Of a DNA stretch of 64,000 nt, positions 1 to 8,800 are shown piece after piece (positions within the stretch are counted from its first letter, which is position 1; each line of letters opens with the position of its first letter). This DNA is from an uncultured bacterium (GTDB lineage Bacteria > Verrucomicrobiota > Kiritimatiellia > RFP12 > UBA1067): the NCBI GenBank assembly GCA_902799385.1, contig CADCAK010000016.1:1201-65200 (forward strand), given 5' to 3'. The notes under the pieces are model-generated. The model saw only the letters and a program-made list of their open reading frames with translations, had not been told where the DNA came from and did not search any database. A program made the translations under genes and the position numbers.

Positions 1-764
1 GGGGGCTTGGCCGCAAGGACACGGTGGTTGCGCTCGGCGGCGGCGTCGCCGGCGACTTGACTGGCTTCGCCGCTGCTACGTGGATGCGCGGCATTCCCTG
101 GATCAACGTGCCGACTACGCTTCTTTCGATGGTTGACGCGTCTACCGGCGGCAAGACCGGGTGCGACCTTCCGGAAGGCAAGAACCTCGCGGGCGCGTTC
201 CATTTCCCGAAGCTCGTCGCAATCGACGCCGACTTCCTCGACACGCTTTCTCCGAAGCTTGTCGCCGACGGCCGCGCCGAGATGGTCAAGCACGAGGCGA
301 TAGGTCTGGCCGGAAAGCCGAAAGTCGAAAGTAGCGGGTTGCCGTCGCCTGCCGAAATCGCCGAGAATCTGATGGTGAAGGTCCGAATCGTTCGCGAGGA
401 TCCCCTTGAGACGCTTGGACGGCGGATCCTGCTCAACTGCGGGCATACTGTCGCGCATGCGATCGAGAAGGCGACGGGCTACCGCGTCTCGCATGGCGAA
501 GCTGTCGCCATCGGCTGCGTCGAAGAGGCGAAGGTCGCCGTCCGACGCAACCTCGCCCCGGCGTCGTGGCCCGGTGAGCTTGCCGCGCGGTTCGCCGCCA
601 TGGGGCTTCCGACTTCGCTCCCTGACGGGCTTTCGCCTGAAGCGCTCGTGCCGCTGATGCGCGGCGACAAGAAGCGCGATGGTGGTACCGTCGTATTCGC
701 CCTGCCGTGCGGCTGGGGCGATGTGCGCGGAATCAGGATCGATCTTTCGAAGGAGAGTCTTTGA
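1..764 (+). CDS. aroB: 3-dehydroquinate synthase, C-terminal ~250 aa (5' end outside window)
   Basis: The frame is open to the window edge. 'ALGGGVAGDLTGFAAATWMRGIPWINVPTTLLSMVDASTGGKTG' and 'KNLAGAFHFP' match the AroB nucleotide/metal-binding core. ATGA overlap with aroA. Confidence 0.85.
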   Translation, partial: GLGRKDTVVALGGGVAGDLTGFAAATWMRGIPWINVPTTLLSMVDASTGGKTGCDLPEGKNLAGAFHFPKLVAIDADFLDTLSPKLVADGRAEMVKHEAIGLAGKPKVESSGLPSPAEIAENLMVKVRIVREDPLETLGRRILLNCGHTVAHAIEKATGYRVSHGEAVAIGCVEEAKVAVRRNLAPASWPGELAARFAAMGLPTSLPDGLSPEALVPLMRGDKKRDGGTVVFALPCGWGDVRGIRIDLSKESL

Positions 765-1864
765 TGACCACGATTCAACCCGGCAAGCGGACAGGTTCCG
801 TCTCGATCCCGCGCTCGAAGTCGCATGAACACAGGCTTCTTGTAGCCGACTTTCTCGCCGGCGACTATTCCCGCCTTGCGCCATCGGACGGCGACGGCGA
901 GGACATCGTCGCCACGAAGCGGTGCCTTGAGGCGCTGAAGGGCGACGGCCAGCTCGCCGTACTCGACTGCGGCGAAAGCGGTTCGACGCGGCGCTTCCTC
1001 GCCCCAGTCGCCGCAGCGCTTGGAAAGTCCGTGACGTTCCTCACCCGCGGGCGCCTTTCCGAGCGGCCGCAGCTTGACTACTCCGAACTGAAGAGCGGGC
1101 TCCATGAGCTCGCCGGCGACGTCTCGTCGCAGTTCGTGACGGGGCTTCTCTTCGCGCTTCCGCTTCTCGACGGCGATTCGCGGATACGCTTCACCTCTCC
1201 GCTCGAGTCGCGCGGCTACGTAGACATGACTCTTCGCGTCCTTTCCGGCGCAGGCGTCTACGTCGCGGTAAGGGACGACGGCTTTGATGTTCCCGGCGGC
1301 CAGAAATACCTTCCCCAGCCGGATGTGAAAGTCGAACTCGATTGGTCGGGCGCGGCCTTCTGGTATGCGATGAACTCCATGGGAAGCCTTGTCATGTTCG
1401 AGAAGCCCGACGCTCATTCGTCGCAGCCAGACCGCGCGATAGTGGAACTTGCCCCGCGCATCGCCTCGGCATGGAAGGGCGAGAAGGTCGATGTCAGCGT
1501 CTCGGGGTGCCCCGACCTCTTCCCCGCGCTCGCCGTGCTCGCGGGGTCGTCTGCGGGACTCACGCGCTTTTCCGGGACGCGCCGCCTGAAGCTCAAGGAG
1601 TCGGACCGCGTGTCCGCGATGGCCGATGTGCTTGGCCGGTTCGGCGTGGACACCGACGTGGAAGAGGACTCGTTTCTCGTCCACGGCACAGGCGGCAGGT
1701 TCAGGGGCGGTGAGTTCCACTCGTTCGACGACCACCGCATCGCGATGGCGATCGCAGTCGGCGCGACCGTTGCGGAAGGCCCCGTGGAGATCGACAACGC
1801 CGAATGCGTGGCGAAGTCGTATCCTGGCTTCTTCGACGAGTTTTCGCGTCTTCGCGGCATTTGA
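764..1864 (+). CDS. aroA: 3-phosphoshikimate 1-carboxyvinyltransferase (EPSP synthase)
   Basis: The in-frame ATG at 764 overlaps the aroB stop (ATGA). Motifs 'LDCGESGSTRRFL', 'DDHRIAMAIAVGA' and 'VAKSYPGFFDEF' are typical of EPSP synthase. Confidence 0.85.
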   Translation: MTTIQPGKRTGSVSIPRSKSHEHRLLVADFLAGDYSRLAPSDGDGEDIVATKRCLEALKGDGQLAVLDCGESGSTRRFLAPVAAALGKSVTFLTRGRLSERPQLDYSELKSGLHELAGDVSSQFVTGLLFALPLLDGDSRIRFTSPLESRGYVDMTLRVLSGAGVYVAVRDDGFDVPGGQKYLPQPDVKVELDWSGAAFWYAMNSMGSLVMFEKPDAHSSQPDRAIVELAPRIASAWKGEKVDVSVSGCPDLFPALAVLAGSSAGLTRFSGTRRLKLKESDRVSAMADVLGRFGVDTDVEEDSFLVHGTGGRFRGGEFHSFDDHRIAMAIAVGATVAEGPVEIDNAECVAKSYPGFFDEFSRLRGI

Positions 1865-1939
1865 CCGCCTTCTGCGTGCGCCATGGCGCCGACGGCCGCC
1901 AAAAAGTGTCGCGCTTCCATGTGCATGACGCGGTTTTTA

Positions 1940-1948
1940 TGGTAAAAT
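1940..1948 (+). promoter_or_regulatory. extended -10 promoter box TGGTAAAAT
   Basis: Intergenic, 43 nt upstream of ATG 1992, which has an AAGGAG RBS. Member of the recurrent TGGTA(T/A)AAT family in this window. Confidence 0.6.
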
Positions 1949-1991
1949 ATGAGGCAACGCCTTTCAAGTAAAAATATCAAGGAGAATCAAG

Positions 1992-3668
1992 ATGAGCTAT
2001 AGCTGGAAATGGTTCAGGGCCGGAAGAATGCGCCAGGTTTCGCTTACGTGCGGTGCTGACGTCGCCGCCCTCGCGCAACTCGACCGCAAGCAGTGGATCG
2101 CGCTTTCGATGCCGACGACTGGCGTCAGGTTCGACCTTCGCATGCTTGAGCTGATGGATACCGACCACGACGGACGAATCCGCACGCCCGAGGTCCTCGC
2201 TGCGATAGACTTCCTCAAGGCGAAGAACGTCGACTTCGATTCCCTCTTCACCGCAGGAGAGGCCGAGGAAAAGGCGCTCGCCGACGTCACGTCGAAGCAG
2301 GCCGACCTCGCTGCGCTTGAACCATCCGCCGACGATAAGAAGGCTCTTGCCGACTGGGAGGCGAAGGGCAAGACGCCCGAGGTCGCCGTCGCCGGCGACG
2401 GGACTGCCGACGCCGACGCCGCACTCGCGGCGGTCGAGCCTGTGATCGACGCGTTCTTCCTTCCCCCTGAGGACATGCCGCTCGTCACCGAGGATCCCGA
2501 CAAGGTTCTGCCGCTCAAGGACCATCTGAACCCGAAGCACCTTGAGGCGATTCTCGCGTTCGCGGAGAAGTGCGTAAAGCCCGTGCTCGGCGAAAAGGAC
2601 ACGCTTTCTCGGCTCGAATGGAAGAAGGTGAAGGGCGCGTTTGCCGCTTACCGCGCGTGGATCGCCGCGAAGCCGGTGATGAATGCCGGCAAGAAGGGCG
2701 AGCTTGACGACGAAGAGCGTGTCCTGCGCTACAAGTTGCACCTCGTCGAGTTCCTCGAGAACTACGTCAACATGCGCCGTCTCTACGACCTCGAGGAACT
2801 CGCCGTTTTCCAGACGGGTGTTCTCCGAATCGACGCGAAGGAGATGAACCTCTGCTTCCACGTCGAGAGCGAGGCCGCTCACTCGACGCTCGTCGAGAAG
2901 TCGAACTGCTGCGTCATCTACCTCAAGCTCTCTCGTCCTTCCGAGGGCGCGACGCGGCAGATCTGCGCCGTTGTCACGGCTGGCGCTGTCGCACAGCTCT
3001 ACGTCGGCAGGAACGGTGTCTTCTACGACCGTGACGGCAAGGACTGGGATGCGGTGATCACCAAGGTCGTCGAGGCGCAGGTGTCGCTCGCCGAAGCCTT
3101 TTGGGCTCCTTGGCGCAAGCTTGGCGAGGGCGTCGCGGCGGCGGTGAAGAAGTTCCTCGGGGACAAGCAGGCCGCGGCGCAGAAGAACGTCGAGGCCGGG
3201 ACGCAGAACGCACAGGCGGGAGGCGCCGCGATGGCGAGCTCTGTCGCCGCCATCGGCATCGGCGTCGCGATGGTCGGTTCGGCTGCTGCGGCGCTCATGG
3301 CCGCGATCTCGAACATGACTGCGCTCCAGATCGCTATTTCCATCGTGGCGCTAATCCTCGTCGTCTCGCTTCCGAGCGTGATCCTCACGTGGTTCAAGCT
3401 CCGCCAGCGCGACCTCGGCGCGATACTCAACGCAAGCGGCTGGGCTATCAACCGCCCGATGCGCTTCTCGATCAAGCGCGCGCGCGGCTTCACCATCTGC
3501 GCTCCGTGCCGCATTTGCCGCATCATCTGCTGGCTCGTCGTCCTCCTCGCGATAATCGGCTCGGCGCTCTGGCTGTGCTGTCCGTGCACGAAGAGCTGCA
3601 AGCCTGACGCCGAAAACGACACTTCGGCGCCTGCTGCAGAGGCCCCGGCACCGGCTCCCGCTAACTGA
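1992..3668 (+). CDS. membrane protein with a canonical EF-hand loop and a Cys-rich C-terminal tail, function unknown
   Basis: AAGGAG RBS. 'DTDHDGRIRTPE' fits the 12-residue DxDxDGxIxxxE loop. The C-terminal third has hydrophobic helices ('AMASSVAAIGIGVAMVGSAAAALMAAI', 'IAISIVALILVVSLPSVILTWF', 'IICWLVVLLAIIGSALWL') and the motifs 'CAPCRICRIIC' and 'CCPCTKSC'. Confidence 0.6.
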   Translation: MSYSWKWFRAGRMRQVSLTCGADVAALAQLDRKQWIALSMPTTGVRFDLRMLELMDTDHDGRIRTPEVLAAIDFLKAKNVDFDSLFTAGEAEEKALADVTSKQADLAALEPSADDKKALADWEAKGKTPEVAVAGDGTADADAALAAVEPVIDAFFLPPEDMPLVTEDPDKVLPLKDHLNPKHLEAILAFAEKCVKPVLGEKDTLSRLEWKKVKGAFAAYRAWIAAKPVMNAGKKGELDDEERVLRYKLHLVEFLENYVNMRRLYDLEELAVFQTGVLRIDAKEMNLCFHVESEAAHSTLVEKSNCCVIYLKLSRPSEGATRQICAVVTAGAVAQLYVGRNGVFYDRDGKDWDAVITKVVEAQVSLAEAFWAPWRKLGEGVAAAVKKFLGDKQAAAQKNVEAGTQNAQAGGAAMASSVAAIGIGVAMVGSAAAALMAAISNMTALQIAISIVALILVVSLPSVILTWFKLRQRDLGAILNASGWAINRPMRFSIKRARGFTICAPCRICRIICWLVVLLAIIGSALWLCCPCTKSCKPDAENDTSAPAAEAPAPAPAN

Positions 3669-3689
3669 AGAGGAGAAAGGAACACTTAA

Positions 3690-5162
3690 ATGGGCGGACT
3701 TTGCGGCGTCGTTTCGAAAGAGGATGCGGTAAGCGACCTCTTTTTCGGCACTGACTACCATTCACACCTCGGCACCCATCGCGGCGGCATGGCCGTCCTT
3801 GGGCCAAGCGGCTTCCAGCGGTCGATTCACAACATCCAGAACTCGCCGTTCCGCTCGAAGTTCGAGAATGACGTCACGCACTTTGCGGGCAACGTCGGCA
3901 TCGGCGTCATATCCGATACCGATCCTCAGCCGCTCGTGATGTACTCGAAGCTTGGCGCGTTCGCGATAGTGACCGTCGGGCTCGTGACAAACATCGAGGA
4001 AATCAAGAAGGAACTCTTCGAGCACAACGCGCAGCTGCAGTACTCGACGACGAGCGGAATGGTCGGCCCTACCGAGGTAATCTCCGCGCTGATCGCGACC
4101 CAGGACTCGCTCGTCGCGGGTGTGCGCTACGTCCAGGAGAAGGTGAAGGGCAGCTGCTCGATTCTGCTCATCTCCGGCGACGGGCGGCTCTATGCCGCGC
4201 GCGACCGCTACGGGCGCACCCCGATAGTGATCGGCCGCAAGGAGTCGGGGATGATCGCGCTCATGGAAAGCTGCGCGCTTCCGAACCTCGGCTACGAATA
4301 CGTCCGCGACCTCGGGCCTGGCGAAATGGTCGAGATGTCGCCCGACGGCATGACGACTGTCATCGAGCCGGGCGACAAGATGGCGATATGCTCGTTCCTC
4401 TGGGTCTACTACGGCTATCCGGCGTCGTCCTACGAGGGGCGCAACGTCGAGATGGCTCGCTACCGCTGCGGTTCCGCGCTCGCAAAGCGCACGCCGACAG
4501 AAGTCGACGCCGCGTGCGGGATTCCCGATTCCGGCACGTCCCACGCGCTCGGCTACGCGCACGAGGCGGGCATCAAGTTCGCCCGTCCGTTCGTGAAGTA
4601 CACGCCGACGTGGGCGAGGTCGTTCATGCCGCAGGACCAGCGCCAGCGCGAGAAGGTGGCGTCGATGAAGCTTATAACGATACCTGGGCTCATCAAGGAC
4701 CGCCGCCTCGTCTTCTGCGACGACTCGATCGTGCGCGGCACGCAGCTCGGCAAGCAGGCCGACCGTCTCTACAAGGAAGGGTGCAAGGAAGTGAACGTCC
4801 GCATCGCGTGCCCGCCGCTTCTCTACCCCTGCCGATTCATCAACTTCTCGCGCTCCAAGAACGAGTACGACCTCATCACCCGCCGCTACGTGCGCGGGCA
4901 CGAGGGGGAGAACGCCGACATCGCGAAGTATGTCGATCCGAACGGCGAGCCCTACAAGGGCATGGTCGAGTTCATCCGCGAGAAGCTGAACCTTACCTCT
5001 CTTGTGTTCCAGACTGTAGACGATCTCGTCGCCGCAATCGGGCTTCCGCGCGACCGGCTCTGCACGTACTGCTGGACGGGCGAGGACGTCTCGATGCCAG
5101 GCTCGTGCGCGCACGGCTGCTCGTCCTGCCCGCACGCGTGCTCCGCGAATCCGAAGAAGTGA
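3690..5162 (+). CDS. PurF-like glutamine amidotransferase / phosphoribosyltransferase (divergent class II Ntn domain)
   Basis: N-terminal 'MGGLCGV' (propeptide plus Cys). PRTase loop 'LVFCDDSIVRGTQ'. The Ntn-domain motifs differ from canonical PurF ('GIGVISDTDPQP', 'VTVGLVTN'). Extra tail 'CTYCWTGEDVSMPGSCAHGCSSCPHAC'. Confidence 0.6.
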   Translation: MGGLCGVVSKEDAVSDLFFGTDYHSHLGTHRGGMAVLGPSGFQRSIHNIQNSPFRSKFENDVTHFAGNVGIGVISDTDPQPLVMYSKLGAFAIVTVGLVTNIEEIKKELFEHNAQLQYSTTSGMVGPTEVISALIATQDSLVAGVRYVQEKVKGSCSILLISGDGRLYAARDRYGRTPIVIGRKESGMIALMESCALPNLGYEYVRDLGPGEMVEMSPDGMTTVIEPGDKMAICSFLWVYYGYPASSYEGRNVEMARYRCGSALAKRTPTEVDAACGIPDSGTSHALGYAHEAGIKFARPFVKYTPTWARSFMPQDQRQREKVASMKLITIPGLIKDRRLVFCDDSIVRGTQLGKQADRLYKEGCKEVNVRIACPPLLYPCRFINFSRSKNEYDLITRRYVRGHEGENADIAKYVDPNGEPYKGMVEFIREKLNLTSLVFQTVDDLVAAIGLPRDRLCTYCWTGEDVSMPGSCAHGCSSCPHACSANPKK

Positions 5163-5173
5163 CGGACGCCGGC

Positions 5174-5851
5174 ATGGCAAAGCGCGTCACACTGTTCGCG
5201 GGACACTACGGCAGCGGCAAGACAAATGTCGCGCTCAACTTCGCGCGGCAGCTGAAGCGCACCGTGCCGCGCGTCGCCGTTGCAGACCTCGACATCGTCA
5301 ACCCCTACTTCCGCACGAAGGACTCGGCCGCCGATCTCGCGGCCGAGGGGATTGAGCTTGTCGTCAGCGACTACGCGAACTCGAACGTCGATTTCCCGGC
5401 GATGCCGAAGGAGGCGTACGCCATTTTCGCCGACCGAGGCGCAAGCGTCGTCGTAGACGTCGGCGGCGACGACCGCGGCGCTCTTGCGCTTGGACGGTAT
5501 GTCGACGACATCCGCGCCGAGGGCGACTACGACATGCTTGCCGTAGTGAATGCGTCGCGCCCGCTGACGTCCACTCCGGGCGACGCGCTCGATGTCCTGC
5601 GCGAGATAGAGGAAGCCTGCCGTCTGCCTTTCACCGGGCTTGTCAACAACACGAACCTCGGCCCGCAGACAACGGCGGCGACCGTTCTTTCGTCAATGCC
5701 GTATGCAGACGCAATAGCGGGCGCCCTCGGCCTGCCCGTGAAGTTCACATGCTGCCCAGCGTCGCTTGAGATCGAGCTGCGCGGCAAGGTGCAGTCCCTT
5801 TTACCGCTCGACATCCAGAAAATATACTATCAACTCGACACAGACACATAG
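5174..5851 (+). CDS. P-loop NTPase, MinD/ParA-like (SIMIBI class), function unknown
   Basis: The start is placed at ATG 5174, 11 nt after the upstream stop; the longer ORF from 4388 is an out-of-frame overlap of the PurF-like gene. Walker A 'GHYGSGKTNVALNFA'; 'VVVDVGGDDRGA' resembles Walker B/switch. Confidence 0.6.
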   Translation: MAKRVTLFAGHYGSGKTNVALNFARQLKRTVPRVAVADLDIVNPYFRTKDSAADLAAEGIELVVSDYANSNVDFPAMPKEAYAIFADRGASVVVDVGGDDRGALALGRYVDDIRAEGDYDMLAVVNASRPLTSTPGDALDVLREIEEACRLPFTGLVNNTNLGPQTTAATVLSSMPYADAIAGALGLPVKFTCCPASLEIELRGKVQSLLPLDIQKIYYQLDTDT

Positions 5852-5860
5852 GCAACCGCT

Positions 5861-8800
5861 ATGAAACTACATACCATGGCAAAATCGGTCGCGGCTTCTG
5901 CTGCCGCGTTGGTGCTCTCGTCAGCCATTGCCGCCCGCGTCAATGTCTATCCGCAGAGCTTCGATGCGGGCGGGTGGGGCCTTGATGCGCAGTTCATGGA
6001 CGTGATGGGCTCGCCATACCTCATTGCGCACGGGCTTGGCGTCCGCGTCCTTGACGCGAAGGCGCGCGTAGCGTTCCCGGAGACGGGCGAGTACCGCGTC
6101 TGGGTGCGGACGAAGAACTGGGCCGATGGCGCACCGGGGAGATTCCGCGTCCTCGTCGACGGCAAGCCGCTCGGCAAGGTGTTCGGCGCCGGGCCGCGCG
6201 AATGGGCGTGGGAAGATGGCGGCGTTGTCAGGATCGACGCCGAAACGGCGACGGTCGCGCTCGAGGACTTGACCGGCTTCGACGGACGCTGCGCCGGAAT
6301 TGTTTTCGCGAATGGCGGAGAAAAGCCGGAAGGTGCGCTAAAAGCTGACGAGGCGAATGTCGCCGAGACGGTCAAGGTCGATTTCGTGGTCGTCGGCGGC
6401 GGAATGCCAGGGACTTGTGCGGCGGTCGCGGCGGCGCGGCGCGGGCTCAAGGTCGCGCTCGTGCAGGACAGACCAGTGCTTGGCGGCAATGCGTCAGGCG
6501 AGATTCGCGTCTATTGCGCAGGCGAGGCTAAGCACGATATTGTGAAGGAGCTTCGCGGGTACTTCATGAACCGCGACGACAACATCCCCCTCTGCGACAG
6601 GCGGCGCATGCGCATCGTCGAGGACGAGAAGAACATCGACTTGCATACGCTGACGCGGGCGTTCGGCGTAGAGAAGGGCGCGGACGGCATGATTGCGGCG
6701 GTCAAGGCGCTCGACCTCAAGTCCAACCGCGTCGTCCGATTCGAGGCGCCGCTGTTCTGCGACGCGACTGGCGACGGCTGGGTGGGGTACTGGGCAGGCG
6801 CCGACTGGCGCATGGGCCGCGAGGCCAAGGCCGAGTTCAACGAAAGCCACGCTCCCGACGTGGCCGACGGCGACACGCTTGGAGCGTCTATAATGTGGAC
6901 AAGCGCGGATGCGAACCAGACCGTGCCTTTCTCCGCGCCCTGGGCCGAGCCGCACGCGCAGGGCGTCGTGGCGACGGAAGGCGAATGGCGCTGGGAATAC
7001 GGCATCCACCGCGACATGATCGCCGAGGCCGAGGAGATCCGCGACAGGATGCTACTCGCGATATACGGCGCGTTCTCGCTCGCGAAGAAGCGTCCTGAAA
7101 ACGCAAACAAGGTGCTGAAGTTCTGCCCCTACTTGAGCGGCAAGCGCGAGTCGCGCCGCATCATGGGCGACTGGGTGCTGTCACAGAACGATGTCGCCGC
7201 CTGCAAGCCGTTCGAGGACGCCATCGCGACTGGCTCGTGGGGCATCGACCTCCACTACGACGGATTCAAGCAGGGCGTGGACTTCCTCTCAAGAAACACT
7301 TTCGACCACGTCGGGCGCTTTTGGATTCCGTACCGCTCGATATACTCGCGCAACGTAGGTAACCTGTTCATGGTCGGGCGCTGCTTCAGCTGTTCGCACG
7401 TGGGGCTCGGCGCGCCGCGCGTCATCAGCACGCTCTCGCAGCTCGGCGTCGCGGCGGGCGAGGCGGCGGCGATGTGCCGCGAGCTTGGCCTTTCGCCGCG
7501 CGGCATCTGGAAGGACGGATACGTGCGCAGGCTCCAGGAGCGTCTTGGTGGCGGCTTCCCCGGCGTGCCGGACCAAAAGACGGCTGGCTGGCTGGTCGTA
7601 GACGACGAGTCTGAAGGCGTGACGTTCGGCAAGGGCTGGACGAAGCGCCACAACAACAACGGCGAGCAGGTCGGCGACTGGACGCATTTCCCCCGGGAAG
7701 GCGCATGGAAGGCGACCTACCCACTGCCGGTTGAGAAGGCGGGGCGGCACGTGCTTATGGGCAAGACGCCATATGCCTACGGCGCGCATCCAGGCTCAAA
7801 GACTGCGTTCGAGCTGAAGACGGGCGGCAAGACGCTTGAATTCTTCTTTGACCAGGCGCAGGGAACCGGCTCGTGGCAGAGAATCGGGGAGTTCGACATC
7901 GAGCCCGGCGCGACGCTTGCAATCGTGCCCGCCAAGTCCAAGGGCTTCACCGTCGCGGACGGCTTCGCGCTCGTGCCGGTACATGGGGGGAGTTTCAGCG
8001 CCGTTTCGCCAGACGGGCTAAACGAATTGCGGCTTGATGTCGGAGAAAAGGGGATGGAGTATTCCATATTGCGGCGCGGCAAGGCGCTCGTCGCGCCGAC
8101 CGAAATCTCCCTTCATACCAAAGAGCACGGTTGGATGAACGGTGGAAATCCAACTGCTACGACCCGCAAGATCGAAGGCAAGCTCGCGACGCCAATCTAC
8201 AAGAAGAGCGAAGTCGATCTCGCGGCGAACGAGACGCGCGTAGATTTCGGCGACTGGGCGCTCGTTCTCGTTGCGCGCAACGACGGCGTGGCGTGGCGGT
8301 TCGAGACGAAGTATGACGGCGAAGTTACCGTCACCGCCGAAAATACGAACGCCCGCTTCCCGAAGGACACTGTGCTTTGCTACGGCCAGGTCGGCGGCTT
8401 TGAGTCCGGCTTCGAAAGACCGGCGACAATCGGCCCAGTCGAGGGCGTCAAGAGCGGTCATCCGCAGATCGTCATGACGCCATTTACGGCAAGCGTCCCT
8501 GGCGCGGGCGTTGTGAGCATAACGGAGTCGAATCTCTTGGACTATCCGGGGTTAAACTTCTACCGCAAGGAGGGCGAGACGGACATGCTGCGTTCGTGGC
8601 AGGCCGGCGTTCCCTCGGAAACCTTTCCTGGGCGGCGCCTCATTCGCGTCAAGAGCCGCCACCCGTATCTCGCGAAGACTTCGGGCACGCGCGCCTACCC
8701 GTGGCGCGTGTTTGTCCTTGGCGACACGCCGTCTGACCTCGTTTCGGCAGATACGGTGTATGCGCTCGCCGAGCCGTGTCGCCTCGCCGACACGTCGTGG

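Noticed and set aside
479-1735. 418-aa ORF on the minus strand, antisense to aroB/aroA
   Set aside because: Typical high-GC shadow ORF. It is Arg/Ala/Pro-rich low-complexity sequence that fully overlaps two well-supported genes, with no RBS or promoter box.
1878-1889. Palindrome GCGCCATGGCGC after aroA as an intrinsic terminator
   Set aside because: A perfect palindrome leaves no loop, and it is followed by an A-run rather than a T-run on the coding strand. It is not convincing. In general I found no clean stem-plus-U-tract terminators in this window.
4388-5173. N-terminal 262-aa extension of the listed ORF 4388-5851
   Set aside because: The extension is an out-of-frame overlap of the PurF-like coding sequence and translates to Arg-rich nonsense. 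The conserved P-loop protein begins at ATG 5174, just after the upstream stop.
3762-5180. 472-aa minus-strand ORF, antisense to the PurF-like gene
   Set aside because: Shadow ORF with Arg/Ala-rich composition. The sense strand has clear PRTase and amidotransferase motifs.
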